DNA of 64,000 nt from Candidatus Hydrogenedentota bacterium (GCA_963745075.1 CAVUWV010000014.1:224001-288000); one strand, 5' to 3'; numbered from the stretch's first letter, positions 47,032 to 57,171 are shown. Numbers and translations are program-made. Notes: generated from the sequence alone by a model not told the origin.

Positions 47032-48237
47032 CTATTCTTCACTTCGCACTTTCGGCTCAGCCGGTGTTTCGGGAATCTCCGACTTCGTAATCAGCTCATC
47101 GGGGTTGTGGTTCTGGTCGAGGTATTCATCGTAGCCGGTCCGGCCCTTGAGGTAGCGGTCGAAGAAGGCGGTCGTATAACCGTCGATGAGGCCAAAGGCC
47201 ACGTCTTTGGTCACATACGTAATGGGTTCGCCGTTCGTGATGCGTTTACCGGTGCCGACGCCGTCGCCGAAGTTTGGATTGAACTGGTACATCTCGGTGA
47301 AGGAGTAGTGGCCGCCGTTCTTGAACTCGATGAGGTAGTGGGGCCCGGTGGATTCGTTGTAGTAGTTGCGTACGCGTTCGTTCCCCTCCGCGTTGATGGT
47401 GTCGTCTTCGGTCGCCAGAAGAATCATAGCCGGGCAATCGTAGCGGCTACGGGTGCGGGCCACGCCGGCCATAGGCGCAATCGCTTTCACGCGGGGGTCC
47501 TGGTCTGCCACGGCGGTCGTCGTGAATCCGCCGAAGGAATGGCCCGCCACGCCGATGCGGTCCATGTCGATCTTCCCGAAGAAGCGACTATCGTTCCCCT
47601 TGTTCATGCGGTCCATGCAGTCGATGAGAAAACTCACGTCTTTCGGCCGGTCCTCGGAGGCCCGTTCCCGCCCTTCCGGACTGTCGTTGAAGAAGATCGG
47701 TTTGCCGTCGATGATGGTGATCAGGCAATTGCCTGTGTGGTCGGGCGCCATGACGATGTAGCCGTGGCTGGCCATGTGCTCGCACCAGTACACGTTCTGG
47801 CTCCGCATGCCGCCGTTTCCATGTGAGAATAGAAGCAGGGGATAAACGCCGTCGCGGACGCGCGCGTCGCGCACGGCAATGTCCTGGAACGTTTTGTTTG
47901 ACGCCATGAGGTCCGCATCGAACGCCAGCTTCATCGCGGCCGCCGCGGCTTCGACGCCACCGTTGTAGAAGTCGATCAGCCGGTTCGGAGGCAATCCCCG
48001 TGTATCGTCCGTGGCGGGGTACCAGATCTCCGTGAGCAGCGACCGCGGACCACCATCGATCGCCGGGTCGGTGCGGCTGTGGTCGACCAGCATCGTCGTC
48101 GTCACCCCGACAGGGTACGGTCCTGGCTTCGCCGGATCGGAGAGGTCCTCTGCGGCAAGCGCCGTACTAGCGGCGAACACCGCAGCGAGGATGACGAGAA
48201 TGAGGAACACACGATAGCAATGCAGTCGTCGTAGCAT
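47032..48237 (-). CDS. secreted alpha/beta hydrolase (PAF-acetylhydrolase-like)
   Basis: PGPYPVG, EIWYPA, LLFSHG, ASHGYIVMAPDH, GHSFGG nucleophile, GHYSF. Confidence 0.85.
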   Translation of the reverse strand: MLRRLHCYRVFLILVILAAVFAASTALAAEDLSDPAKPGPYPVGVTTTMLVDHSRTDPAIDGGPRSLLTEIWYPATDDTRGLPPNRLIDFYNGGVEAAAAAMKLAFDADLMASNKTFQDIAVRDARVRDGVYPLLLFSHGNGGMRSQNVYWCEHMASHGYIVMAPDHTGNCLITIIDGKPIFFNDSPEGRERASEDRPKDVSFLIDCMDRMNKGNDSRFFGKIDMDRIGVAGHSFGGFTTTAVADQDPRVKAIAPMAGVARTRSRYDCPAMILLATEDDTINAEGNERVRNYYNESTGPHYLIEFKNGGHYSFTEMYQFNPNFGDGVGTGKRITNGEPITYVTKDVAFGLIDGYTTAFFDRYLKGRTGYDEYLDQNHNPDELITKSEIPETPAEPKVRSEE

Positions 48238-48442
48238 CTTGTTCTCCTTGGCACGGCTTGGGTTGCCGACTCAAGCCGCACGAGGGCTTGACGGGAAGTA
48301 CAGTACTTGCTAGGGACGTGGATGCTCAAGTCTTGGATGCAGTTTAATTTTATTGAATGGCCCCATAAGAACAGACCAGCGCGGGGTGACAAGTTCAAAC
48401 AACAGGCACTTTTCCAGCGCGAAGGTATGGTGTGGCCCTGCC

Positions 48443-48566
48443 GGGAGCGCCAAACTCCAGCCTGGCGAGGAGCGAAGCGTATACCGATTACGACACACCA
48501 TTTGCGATTGCGAAGCCTCGATGGACCTGTTCCAAAGGGTCGCCGGGGCGGAGCTTGGTGTTTCCC
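48443..48566. repeat. REP-like inverted repeat pair
   Basis: gggagcgccaaactccagcctggcg ... cgccggggcggagcttggtgtttccc. Confidence 0.55.
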
Positions 48567-48581
48567 GTGGGCCGGGATGGA

Positions 48582-49250
48582 CTAATCGGGGCTGGATGTG
48601 GCGGCGCGGACTGCGTTGGCACGTTTCAGCAGCGGCCCCACCGCTTCGGCGATGCGCTCCGCAATGACCTTCTGACCCTGCGCGTTGGGGTGGATCTGGT
48701 CGTACATCATGCGGGGATGGCCGAAGACGCCGTCCATGACGTCAGGAAGAAGAAGGGCCCCGTGGCGTTTCGCGATAGCCTCGTATCCGTCGAGGTATTT
48801 GTCCCCGAAGAGCCCGAGCTGGATGTGGACCAGGACGACCATGGCGCCCGCGTCGATGCACCGGGTGACAATGCGGTCAAGGTTTCTGAAGGTCTCTTCC
48901 CGCGGGATCTTCTCGAGAAAGTCGTTGCCGCCGAGTTCGACGATGACCAAGCGCGGGTCGAGTTCGAGCGCATCGCGGTCGAGCCGTTGAAGGCCGGATG
49001 CGGTGGTGTCGCCGTTACGACCCATGTTATGGACGTCCACGCCGAGCATGTCCGAGAGCAGAGCCGGATAGGCCTCTTCCGGCCTGACGCCGTACCCGTA
49101 GGTAATGCTGTCGCCGAACGCGACGATGGCCGTGCCCGCGGAATCCAGATTCGCGGCCTTCGGTTCGCTTCGGCCACATTCCGGCAGTAGGATTAGAAAC
49201 AGCAAGGCGGCCACAGGGGACGCCCATGGCCGCCTGGACTCTGCAACCAT
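48582..49250 (-). CDS. SGNH/GDSL arylesterase (TesA-like)
   Basis: AFGDSITYGYG, GDTTASGL.R, ELGGND, DQIHPN. Confidence 0.9.
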   Translation of the reverse strand: MVAESRRPWASPVAALLFLILLPECGRSEPKAANLDSAGTAIVAFGDSITYGYGVRPEEAYPALLSDMLGVDVHNMGRNGDTTASGLQRLDRDALELDPRLVIVELGGNDFLEKIPREETFRNLDRIVTRCIDAGAMVVLVHIQLGLFGDKYLDGYEAIAKRHGALLLPDVMDGVFGHPRMMYDQIHPNAQGQKVIAERIAEAVGPLLKRANAVRAATSSPD

Positions 49251-49254
49251 CGTC

Positions 49255-49734
49255 TTACGGTTCGATAACCGGCAGCGTTTCCGGGTCGATTTTCGTGTGG
49301 CACGCATTGCACGAGGCAACCAACGCCTCATACTTCATCTTGGTCGCGGCGAAATCGCGCGTCTTGGCCGCTTCCGCAAGGGCGATCGAAGCGTCAAACA
49401 TTCCCTTGGTCAGCTCTTGCCACTCGGGGTTTTGCGCATCTTCATCGTTGCGGATGGCAATGAGATTGGCGATTTCTGCCCCGCTCGACGCCTCGTCTTC
49501 CACCTTGCGCCATTCCCGGGGACTTCCCGGGTCATTGGCCAGCATTTCATGTAAGGTATCTGCCAACGGGTCTGCAAACTTCTTCATAAACCGCTCCGTC
49601 TTCATGACCGGTTGCGACAAGGCCGGGGCGGCCTGCACTTCTTGCGTGTCCTGTGCGTACACCGCGTGAAGATTCTGACCCATCAATCCACCCGCCAGCG
49701 CGAGGAGCGTCAGCGCAATACACCACTTCCACAT
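49255..49734 (-). CDS. periplasmic c-type cytochrome (class II, cytochrome c'-like)
   Basis: Signal peptide, helical body, single C-terminal CNACH heme motif. Confidence 0.7.
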   Translation of the reverse strand: MWKWCIALTLLALAGGLMGQNLHAVYAQDTQEVQAAPALSQPVMKTERFMKKFADPLADTLHEMLANDPGSPREWRKVEDEASSGAEIANLIAIRNDEDAQNPEWQELTKGMFDASIALAEAAKTRDFAATKMKYEALVASCNACHTKIDPETLPVIEP

Positions 49735-50183
49735 CGCCAAAACCTCCGAAAGTCTTTGTTTTCAACAACCCCGTCCGGCCCCGTCGGCCGGACTGTACAG
49801 CCACGAAGGGGGTAGCCTACCGGGGAATTCCGTGGGAGATCAAGTAACCTAAGGCGCGGACTGGACCCGCGCGACTGCATTCGGCAAAATCTCGCTGTCC
49901 CGAGTACAATCAAAGTGTGGCTCAGCGTACGAGCGAGGGAGCGATGCGCCATCCCGTGATAAGCGACGTTGCGATTTGGTGCCGAAACATTTCATGATTG
50001 ATGCCAATCGTAACCCTCCGGACGGTGGCCGGTACAATATCACTGGATGGGGATGCCGGATCGAGGGGTCGGCGGCTGCGCGGTCAGATAGGAAATCGTC
50101 ACCGTTCGTTGGCGGGTCTCCAGCCATTAATGCGCTGTGGCAGAGTGACATACATTGCTGAAAACGTCAGGGAGGGGCGGGCA

Positions 50184-51893
50184 TTGAGATTCGAAAAACT
50201 TCTGGTTCGGGGTGTTGTCGTTATTGGCGCGATGCTCGGGTGTGTGCTGTCACAAGCCCAGGTTACCTCACCGGTCAAGCCACCGCGCCATGCCGCCACA
50301 ACCGAAAGAAAGTCCGCCCAAACGGACACGAAACGGCTCTTTCATCTTCTTTTCCCGTCGATGCCGGCGAGGTTTCCCTGGGAATTCCGTTCGATCGACG
50401 GCAGCGGAAATAATGTCATGCATCCAGACTGGGGAATGGCTGGTTCGGAGTTACTGCGTGCGGCGGACACGGCGTATGCGGACGGATCGGGAACGCCCGC
50501 TGGAAGCGGCCGTGATAGCGCCCGGGCCATCAGCAACGGCTGCGCCGCGCAGACGGGATCGATGCCCAACTCGCGAGGTGTCTCGAGCATGGTGTGGCAA
50601 TGGGGCCAATTCATCGACCATGACATCACCCTGGTCGGGACCATGGACCCCATCGAGCCCTTCGATATCGAGGTTCCCGTGGGCGACCCCTATTTCGATC
50701 CTAATTCGACGGGTACGCAAGCGATCGCGCTGGAGCGCTCCTTCTATCACATGGTCGGCGGCGTGCGGCAACAGGTTGATGAACTCACTGCCTACATCGA
50801 CGGGTCGCAAGTCTACGGATCGGATGAGGCACGCGCGACGGCACTTCGTATGCTGGATGGGACCGGCCGGTTGAAGACCAGCGAAGGCCAACTCTTGCCA
50901 TATAACACCGAGGAATTCGAGAACGCTTTTTCCAACGATTCGTCGTTCTTCTTCGCGGGAGACATTCGGGCAAACGAACAAGTCGCCCTGACCTGCATGC
51001 AGACGCTGTTTATGCGCGAACACAACCGGTGGGCCAAGCGGATTCACCGCGCGTTTCCCATGATGGACGGAGACAGGGTCTACCTCTGGGCACGCGCGCT
51101 CGTCGGGGCCGAGATTCAGTCCATCACGTACAACGAGTTCTTGCCGATTCTGCTGGGCCCCGGCGCATTGGAACCCTATACGGGGTACAAACCGGATGTG
51201 CAAGCGGGTATTATGAATGAATTCGCCACCGCCGCCTATCGAGTCGGTCACACGTTTCTGCCACCGGAACTCGAGCGGTTGGACGCCACCCTGCAACCGA
51301 TCCCGGAAGGGAGTCTGCCGTTGGCGAATGCCTTCTTCAATCCCGACGAATACAAGACCATCGGTATCGAGCCGTACCTGCGCGGACTAGCCTCGCAAAT
51401 GGCGCAGGAAGTGGACACCCATGTTGTGGACGGCGTCCGCAACTTTCTCTTTGGTCCCCCGGGGGCCGGCGGTTTTGACCTGGCCTCACTAAACATTCAA
51501 CGTGGCCGCGATCACGGCTTGCCGGATTACAATTCCGTCCGGGTGGCGCTGGGACTCCCGGCGCGCGCGGGTTTTACCGAAATCACGTCCAACACCGATG
51601 CCCAAGCCGCGCTGGCGTCTATGTATTCGTCCGTCGACGACATCGACCTCTGGGTCGCCGGACTTGCCGAAGACCACATGCCCGGCGCCATGGTGGGGGA
51701 AACGTTCTGGACTATCATCAAGATGCAATTTGAGCGCTTACGGGACAGCGACCGCTTCTGGTACCAGGCCTACCTGCCGCCTCATCTCATGCGGATGGTG
51801 GAGAAACGAACGCTGCGGAAGATCATTGGGACGAACACCGAAATTCGCGGGGAACTCCAGAAAGACGTGTTCATGGTGCCGCCGAGTCCGTAG
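50184..51893 (+). CDS. secreted animal-type heme peroxidase
   Basis: RSIDGSGNN, WGQFIDHD, GDIRANEQ, AYRVGH, DLASLNIQRGRDHGL, RLRDSDRFWY; TTG start after ggagg. Confidence 0.92.
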   Translation: MRFEKLLVRGVVVIGAMLGCVLSQAQVTSPVKPPRHAATTERKSAQTDTKRLFHLLFPSMPARFPWEFRSIDGSGNNVMHPDWGMAGSELLRAADTAYADGSGTPAGSGRDSARAISNGCAAQTGSMPNSRGVSSMVWQWGQFIDHDITLVGTMDPIEPFDIEVPVGDPYFDPNSTGTQAIALERSFYHMVGGVRQQVDELTAYIDGSQVYGSDEARATALRMLDGTGRLKTSEGQLLPYNTEEFENAFSNDSSFFFAGDIRANEQVALTCMQTLFMREHNRWAKRIHRAFPMMDGDRVYLWARALVGAEIQSITYNEFLPILLGPGALEPYTGYKPDVQAGIMNEFATAAYRVGHTFLPPELERLDATLQPIPEGSLPLANAFFNPDEYKTIGIEPYLRGLASQMAQEVDTHVVDGVRNFLFGPPGAGGFDLASLNIQRGRDHGLPDYNSVRVALGLPARAGFTEITSNTDAQAALASMYSSVDDIDLWVAGLAEDHMPGAMVGETFWTIIKMQFERLRDSDRFWYQAYLPPHLMRMVEKRTLRKIIGTNTEIRGELQKDVFMVPPSP

Positions 51894-51917
51894 AATTACT
51901 TTCTAACGCTTACGTCT

Positions 51918-52002
51918 ACCGTCATTCTGAACGAAGTGAAGAATCTCAAGTCTCCGACGAATTGAACTGAAAGAGATTCTTCACTTCGTTCAGAATGACG
52001 GT
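51918..52002. repeat. perfect 30-bp inverted repeat (REP/MITE-like)
   Basis: accgtcattctgaacgaagtgaagaatctc, 25-nt loop, exact reverse complement. Confidence 0.85.
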
Positions 52003-52151
52003 TACGATCTTCCTCGGATAGCATCTACATTCTCATTCTTTAGCCGCAACAGGTCGGTGCAAGTGAACTTTTCCCCGGTTCCAGGCATCATAGATGTAGT
52101 GTAGGGCTGTGTCGATGGCTGTGAACGTCCTGGTTTTGTCACGGCTCACCG

Positions 52152-53051
52152 TTGGAGATGCTTGTGGATAAACAACTTCCGGAAGAATCGAAGAAACCGG
52201 AACTGGTCGAGGCCAAGCCCGTGGAGCGGGAGGACTCGAAGTCCGAGGGTCCGGAAACTACGCGGATTATCGTGCGTAGCCGGGCGGCCGCGCCTTGGGC
52301 CGTAGCGGCCGTGTTTATCACGGCGATTCTGGTCATCGGATACCTGGTCTACAGCGTCACTTACCGGCTGCCCCATGAAGCGGCAACGGTCGCCGTGGAG
52401 GCCGTGAACAAGACCGTCGAGCAGGTGAGCGCGTTGCCCTCGGGGATTGCGGCAGCGTTTAAGCCGACCGTCAATGTGAACACGACCATCCACCGCGCCA
52501 TCGACGAATTGCAGCAGGAAGCAAAGCTGGTCGTATTGACGGCGGAAGTCGACGTGGAAGTCGTGAAGACCAGCGAGAAGCGAATCCTCTGGGATTATCT
52601 GGAGCTGGGCGACACGACGGTGAGCCTGCGCGTGCCGGGCAACAAGGTTCAGTACTACATCCCCGTGGCCGACTTGTCGCGCGCGAGTTTTGAATACGAT
52701 TCGGCGTCCAATGCGTTGTGTCTACACTTGCCGGAACCCATTCTCGACGAGGAATTCGTCGACGTGCAAAGCAATCCCGAAGTCATGGAAGTGAAAACCG
52801 AGGTCGGTTGGGGCCGGCTCGAAGTGTATTCCGGGCGTTTTCTCCAGGACGAAGCACAGAGTGCACTGCGCGGCACCGTCTTGGAGGAAGGCGGGAGCGA
52901 ACTGCTTCGTGACAAGGCGAAGAAGGAGGCCGAACAGGTCGTCACGGCTATGCTGACCAATCTTACTTCGGGCCTGCGCGAGGATGTGACGTTCCGCGTG
53001 CTATTTGACGCGCCACCCCAACCCACCGGGAGCGAGACATTAAATGGGTAA
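52152..53051 (+). CDS. DUF4230-like membrane-anchored protein
   Basis: Single TM, KLVVL..EVDVEV, LHLPEP.L, AKKEAEQVV. Confidence 0.6.
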   Translation: MEMLVDKQLPEESKKPELVEAKPVEREDSKSEGPETTRIIVRSRAAAPWAVAAVFITAILVIGYLVYSVTYRLPHEAATVAVEAVNKTVEQVSALPSGIAAAFKPTVNVNTTIHRAIDELQQEAKLVVLTAEVDVEVVKTSEKRILWDYLELGDTTVSLRVPGNKVQYYIPVADLSRASFEYDSASNALCLHLPEPILDEEFVDVQSNPEVMEVKTEVGWGRLEVYSGRFLQDEAQSALRGTVLEEGGSELLRDKAKKEAEQVVTAMLTNLTSGLREDVTFRVLFDAPPQPTGSETLNG

Positions 53052-53334
53052 GGACAAAGTAGTCGTCGTAGACGAACAAGGTCCCGGTTGTTTCGGCCAG
53101 GGCGTGGCCATGGCGGGAATCGTCGTGTCCATCATATGGCTGTTGAACTTTACGATGGGCGTTTTCGAATTGCCGGACGCTCTGCCCATTGTCGGCAATC
53201 TGGATGAAGCGGCGGCGGCGGCGGTGCTCTTTTCGTGCCTGCGTTACCTGGGATTCGACGTGTTGCCCTTCGGCAAGCGCGGGAAGAAGAAGGACGTTCA
53301 GGTCATCGACGTGGAAGTCGAGAAGGGCGATTAG
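53044..53334 (+). CDS. DUF1232 (YkvA-like) small membrane protein
   Basis: ELPDALPIVGNLDE motif; overlaps the upstream gene. Confidence 0.7.
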   Translation: MGKDKVVVVDEQGPGCFGQGVAMAGIVVSIIWLLNFTMGVFELPDALPIVGNLDEAAAAAVLFSCLRYLGFDVLPFGKRGKKKDVQVIDVEVEKGD

Positions 53335-53873
53335 GACTGCGATTCGGGTTTCAGCCCTTCCTTGCGCGCGATGTCCGCTTCGAGCGCGTCCACTACATTT
53401 TGAAACAGCGTGCGGTTTTCCTCGTTCATGTCCGAAAGAATCAGGTGGGCGTCCAGGATCATGCGGGCCACATCGACCTCTCCTTCCGCGGCCCCAGTCA
53501 GCGGCTGGAGCTTGCCCTGGATCGGCGCGTCCATAAGAAAGATGTCGTAGAGGGCCTCGAATCCCGTAATTTTCAGCGCCTTGGATACGCGCCCTTCCCG
53601 GGCGATCAGCGTCGGCTTGCGCTTGAACTCCTCCTTCGAGAAGCGTGCAACTTCCGCCAAAAGCCCCAAATTTGTGCTGTCCACGCCCGTGGCCTCGGTC
53701 AGGTCCACGACGATGTTCTCGAAGTCCTTTTCCTCGAACAGTTTGTCGAGGAAAGCGCGCAACGCCGTGCTCAAAGGGAAGGTCCAGCGCGTCGTGAAAC
53801 CGATGGACCCCACGAACTTGAGGACGCAGACATCGCCGAACCGGGCGTGAAAAATCTGACCTTGTGGCTCCAT
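53331..53873 (-). CDS. STAS domain protein (anti-sigma antagonist-like)
   Basis: VVDLTEATGVDSTNLGLL; C-terminal MILDAH..L..MNEENR..FQNVV. Confidence 0.85.
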   Translation of the reverse strand: MEPQGQIFHARFGDVCVLKFVGSIGFTTRWTFPLSTALRAFLDKLFEEKDFENIVVDLTEATGVDSTNLGLLAEVARFSKEEFKRKPTLIAREGRVSKALKITGFEALYDIFLMDAPIQGKLQPLTGAAEGEVDVARMILDAHLILSDMNEENRTLFQNVVDALEADIARKEGLKPESQS

Positions 53874-53992
53874 GAACACCCTTTCCAGTGCCTCACTACG
53901 TCTATTGTCCACCGAATCCGGTAGAATATCAATAGCAGCGAGGAGTTGACGAAGCGGAGGGAAGGTGGGGTGAAGAGCAGCTAAAACACCTC

Positions 53993-54021
53993 TTGCATTT
54001 TTGTCAACATTTTACTATACT
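53993..54021 (+). promoter_or_regulatory. sigma70-type promoter
   Basis: TTGCAT-17 bp-TATACT. Confidence 0.6.
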
Positions 54022-54113
54022 GCCCAAAGGGAAGCTCGGGAAGGGGCGTCCGGCGTGCCGGACCGGCTTCGCCCCGAGTTGTGGGGAACCTGGAGCCTTT
54101 GCAGGTACATGCC

Positions 54114-54611
54114 ATGAGCAAACAGACGACCCAAGCGAAACAGGAACGTATCATCGAAGCCGTGCGGCACGGGCTCGAGGGCATGGCCGCCGTCGAGTTC
54201 ATCCAGAACAGCGGTTTCGCGATGACCACCGCAGGGATCGCCCGAAACCTGCGTGCCATGGGAGGGAGGGGACGCGTACAGGAACTGGTCAACGACGGTA
54301 AGACCAACATCGAGATCATGCAACTGTGCTTTCCGGAAGAGGATTTGTCGCACCTGCATCCGGAACCACCCAGCCAGCAAGAGTTGTTCGAGGGGGCAGC
54401 TTCCACGCGTCGCAGTACCGTGGTGCCGTTCCGCGACGACCCGCTGTACGAGACGAGGAAAATGTCCATCAAAGTCCCCGCCGACCTCTACGAAGCCATT
54501 CGCCTGGCTGCCAAGGCCGAAGGCAAATCCCAAAATGAACTCATCGTCGACGTTCTCACCTCCGCGCTTTCGCGCATTCCCGGCCCGCACCGGGAAGATC
54601 AGGAGGACTGA
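54114..54611 (+). CDS. hypothetical protein with C-terminal ribbon-helix-helix domain
   Basis: RKMSIKVPADLYEAIRLAAKAEGKSQNELIVDVL matches the Arc/CopG/HicB-type RHH pattern. Confidence 0.65.
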   Translation: MSKQTTQAKQERIIEAVRHGLEGMAAVEFIQNSGFAMTTAGIARNLRAMGGRGRVQELVNDGKTNIEIMQLCFPEEDLSHLHPEPPSQQELFEGAASTRRSTVVPFRDDPLYETRKMSIKVPADLYEAIRLAAKAEGKSQNELIVDVLTSALSRIPGPHREDQED

Positions 54612-54670
54612 AAGAAGGGACGCGCGCGTGGGAATCCATCTTTAGGCGTTGTAGTCACCGACGCCAATCC

Positions 54671-56206
54671 TCAATTGCGCAATTCCACCGACTTCTCCAC
54701 ATAAGCTTTCACCGTGCGCCGGTCCAGACCGAGGCGGTCCGCAGCGGCGGTGTAGGAGCCGCATTCGCAGTGCACGCGGGCGCAGTATTCGGCGAGCAAT
54801 TCGTCAGCGGTCAGTTGATGGCTGCGAATTGCATCAATGTACGCGTCCTGGTCCGCGGCACTCGTAGTCGGCGCAGGGAAGTACGCGCTGCGCACCATGA
54901 CGTTTCGCACGCACTGTTCCAACTCGCGCACGTTGCCGGGCCAGGGGTAGTCGGCGGACAGATTCTGCGCGATCCAACGTTCCGTCTCCTCGGCCAACGC
55001 GTCCGCCTCTTCCTCGCCCGCGACACGACGCGCAATGAACAGAAGTAGATTCCGCAATTGGTCCGGCGCATCCGCGATCTGTTCCCGCAGGGATGGCGTG
55101 CAGATCGTGTCGGAACAAAGGCGGTAGTAAAGGTCCTCGCGGAAGCGTCCGGCCTGCACGGCGGCGGCGAGGTCACGATTGGTTGCCGCAATGATCTTTC
55201 CGCGGAACGGCCGGGTTGCGGTCTCGCCGATTCGCCGGAACGTGCGATCCTCGAAGACCCGGAGCAGTTTCACCTGAATAACGGGATCGAGTTCCCCCAG
55301 TTCGTCAAGCAGCACCGAACCGCATTCGTGGCAAACTTCGAAGAACCCGGCATGATCGTTCACGGCTCCGGTGAACGATCCTTTAACGTGGCCAAACAGC
55401 TCCGATTCGATCAACGCGGAGGACAGTTCGGAAAGGTTCACGGGGTGGAAGCATGCGCGGAAATCGACCAGGGGACGCTTTCGGCTTGCGTCGAAGGGGA
55501 TGTACTGTGCGTATGCGATGGCACGCGCGACGAGTTCTTTCCCCGTACCGGAGGGGCCGGTGATGAGCGTGGTCACGTCCCCCATGCGGCGATAAAGCGC
55601 GCGCCGGTAGCGCTGCATGTCGCAGGTGAAAATGGACTGCCACGTCGCCGCGCGCAGATTCGCGGACGCGGCGGACCCTCCGATGATGTTCTCGAAGATA
55701 AGAAAGAAGGCGCGACGTAACTGGTAGAAACACGCGAAGAGGTGTTCTCGCTCCGGCAGACTCCCGAACGTCAATCCCGGGATGTCGAAGTAGTGGTACA
55801 GGTCCCGTTCGAAACTCTCGTAGAACGGCATAAGCGCGGGCGAGGAGTCGTTCTTGGCGCCGGCGCTGCGAATGTACTTCCAGAACCGGATTTCGTAGCG
55901 GTTGTAGAGGAGATAGAGCACGACGTTCTCATAGAGTGCGCAATCGCCGTCGTCGGCACGGCGCAGGTCAATCAACCGCTGGCGGACATCGTCGGCCATG
56001 TCTTCGGCGAAACGGGTCAGGCGTTCGATATTCGGGCGCTGCGCTTTCTCTGCCGCCTGCTTGTGCCAGACCGACCCCGCCTCACTGAAGGCGTCCCCCA
56101 GGATCTCCCGCTCAAAGCCGATGCGTTCCGGCAGGAACGGATTGCAGTACCCCAGCTTGACGAGCGCATCGACTCGTGTCCGCGTTTCTCCCTCGAAGAG
56201 CGCCAT
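54671..56206 (-). CDS. sigma54-interacting transcriptional activator with uncharacterised N-terminal domain
   Basis: GPSGTGKE, ESELFGHVKGSFTGA, FREDLYYRL, WPGNVREL, C-terminal HTH. Confidence 0.88.
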   Translation of the reverse strand: MALFEGETRTRVDALVKLGYCNPFLPERIGFEREILGDAFSEAGSVWHKQAAEKAQRPNIERLTRFAEDMADDVRQRLIDLRRADDGDCALYENVVLYLLYNRYEIRFWKYIRSAGAKNDSSPALMPFYESFERDLYHYFDIPGLTFGSLPEREHLFACFYQLRRAFFLIFENIIGGSAASANLRAATWQSIFTCDMQRYRRALYRRMGDVTTLITGPSGTGKELVARAIAYAQYIPFDASRKRPLVDFRACFHPVNLSELSSALIESELFGHVKGSFTGAVNDHAGFFEVCHECGSVLLDELGELDPVIQVKLLRVFEDRTFRRIGETATRPFRGKIIAATNRDLAAAVQAGRFREDLYYRLCSDTICTPSLREQIADAPDQLRNLLLFIARRVAGEEEADALAEETERWIAQNLSADYPWPGNVRELEQCVRNVMVRSAYFPAPTTSAADQDAYIDAIRSHQLTADELLAEYCARVHCECGSYTAAADRLGLDRRTVKAYVEKSVELRN

Positions 56207-56348
56207 GGCGAGTTCCCCCCAAACGCATACAAGGCTTGCACATCAAGTATACAGGAAATGACTGCGTTATCGCAGGGGTTTGTTGTGTTTAATGTCCTTT
56301 ATGTAGTCTAAACATTACCTGATGGGTTCTGATTGGTGATCTGCAAGT

Positions 56349-56364
56349 TGGTATGCGTCCTGCT
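56349..56364 (+). promoter_or_regulatory. possible sigma54 promoter divergent from the activator
   Basis: TGGTAT-GCGTC-CTGCT (GG-N10-GC). Confidence 0.5.
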
Positions 56365-56378
56365 CTTAACACGGGGAA

Positions 56379-56544
56379 CGACAAAAGTGGAGAGACAGCA
56401 AGGACACCAGGGACGGCAGGGACGCCGAGCGGCAATCGCTGTGACCCGTAAATCCGCTGTGGCATTCGACTCGGCGGCGAAACTCTGGCCGTTTCGGTAC
56501 ATTTTGTCCCTGATGTCCTTGCCGTCTCTGAAACGCCCGGCCAG
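56379..56544. repeat. long nested inverted repeat (MITE/REP-like) in a 5' leader
   Basis: cgacaaaagt/acttttgtcg outer arms; agagacagcaaggacaccagggac/gtccctgatgtccttgccgtctct inner arms. Confidence 0.6.
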
Positions 56545-56601
56545 ACTTTTGTCGGACCGGTCTTTCAAGGAGGCGGAACCAAAACAACGGGGGAATGCAG
56601 T

Positions 56602-57171
56602 ATGAAGACGATGGTCTCAGAGATTGTTACCGCTGGGTTCGTTGCCATCGCACTGGTGATCGTCACTGGATGTAACCACGCGACCGAACCGGCACAATCC
56701 CACGCCACGGGCGAGCGCATCGGTGTCTACGATTCGCGGGCCATCGCCGTGGCGTACGCCGGTTCGGACGCCCATGAGGCCGCGCTCGCGAAATTGAAGA
56801 AGCGCTACGACGACGCCAAGGCGGCCGGGAACGCTACGGTCGTCAACGCCTGCGAAACGGAGGCCCAAGCCCAACAGCGTACGATGCACTTGCAGGGGTT
56901 CGGCACGGCGCCGGTCGATGACATCCTCGCGCACATCTCGGGTGAGCTAACCGGGATCATGAGAAAGGCCGGTGTCGTCGCAATCGTGTCCAAATGGGAC
57001 GAAGCGAAACTGGCGCAATACCCGAATGCCGGCCGGGAGGACGTGACCATGGCTTTGGTCGATGCCTTGCATCCGACGGATCGCCAGCGGGAACGAGCCA
57101 TCGACGTCCAGAAACACAAGCCCGTACCCATGGACGAACTGGAGCGACTCATAGAACGCGGCGAGATCTGA
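56602..57171 (+). CDS. hypothetical lipoprotein (weak Skp/OmpH-like pattern)
   Basis: Lipobox VTGC; RIGVYDSRAI, coiled region, DVT..LV. Confidence 0.6.
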   Translation: MKTMVSEIVTAGFVAIALVIVTGCNHATEPAQSHATGERIGVYDSRAIAVAYAGSDAHEAALAKLKKRYDDAKAAGNATVVNACETEAQAQQRTMHLQGFGTAPVDDILAHISGELTGIMRKAGVVAIVSKWDEAKLAQYPNAGREDVTMALVDALHPTDRQRERAIDVQKHKPVPMDELERLIERGEI

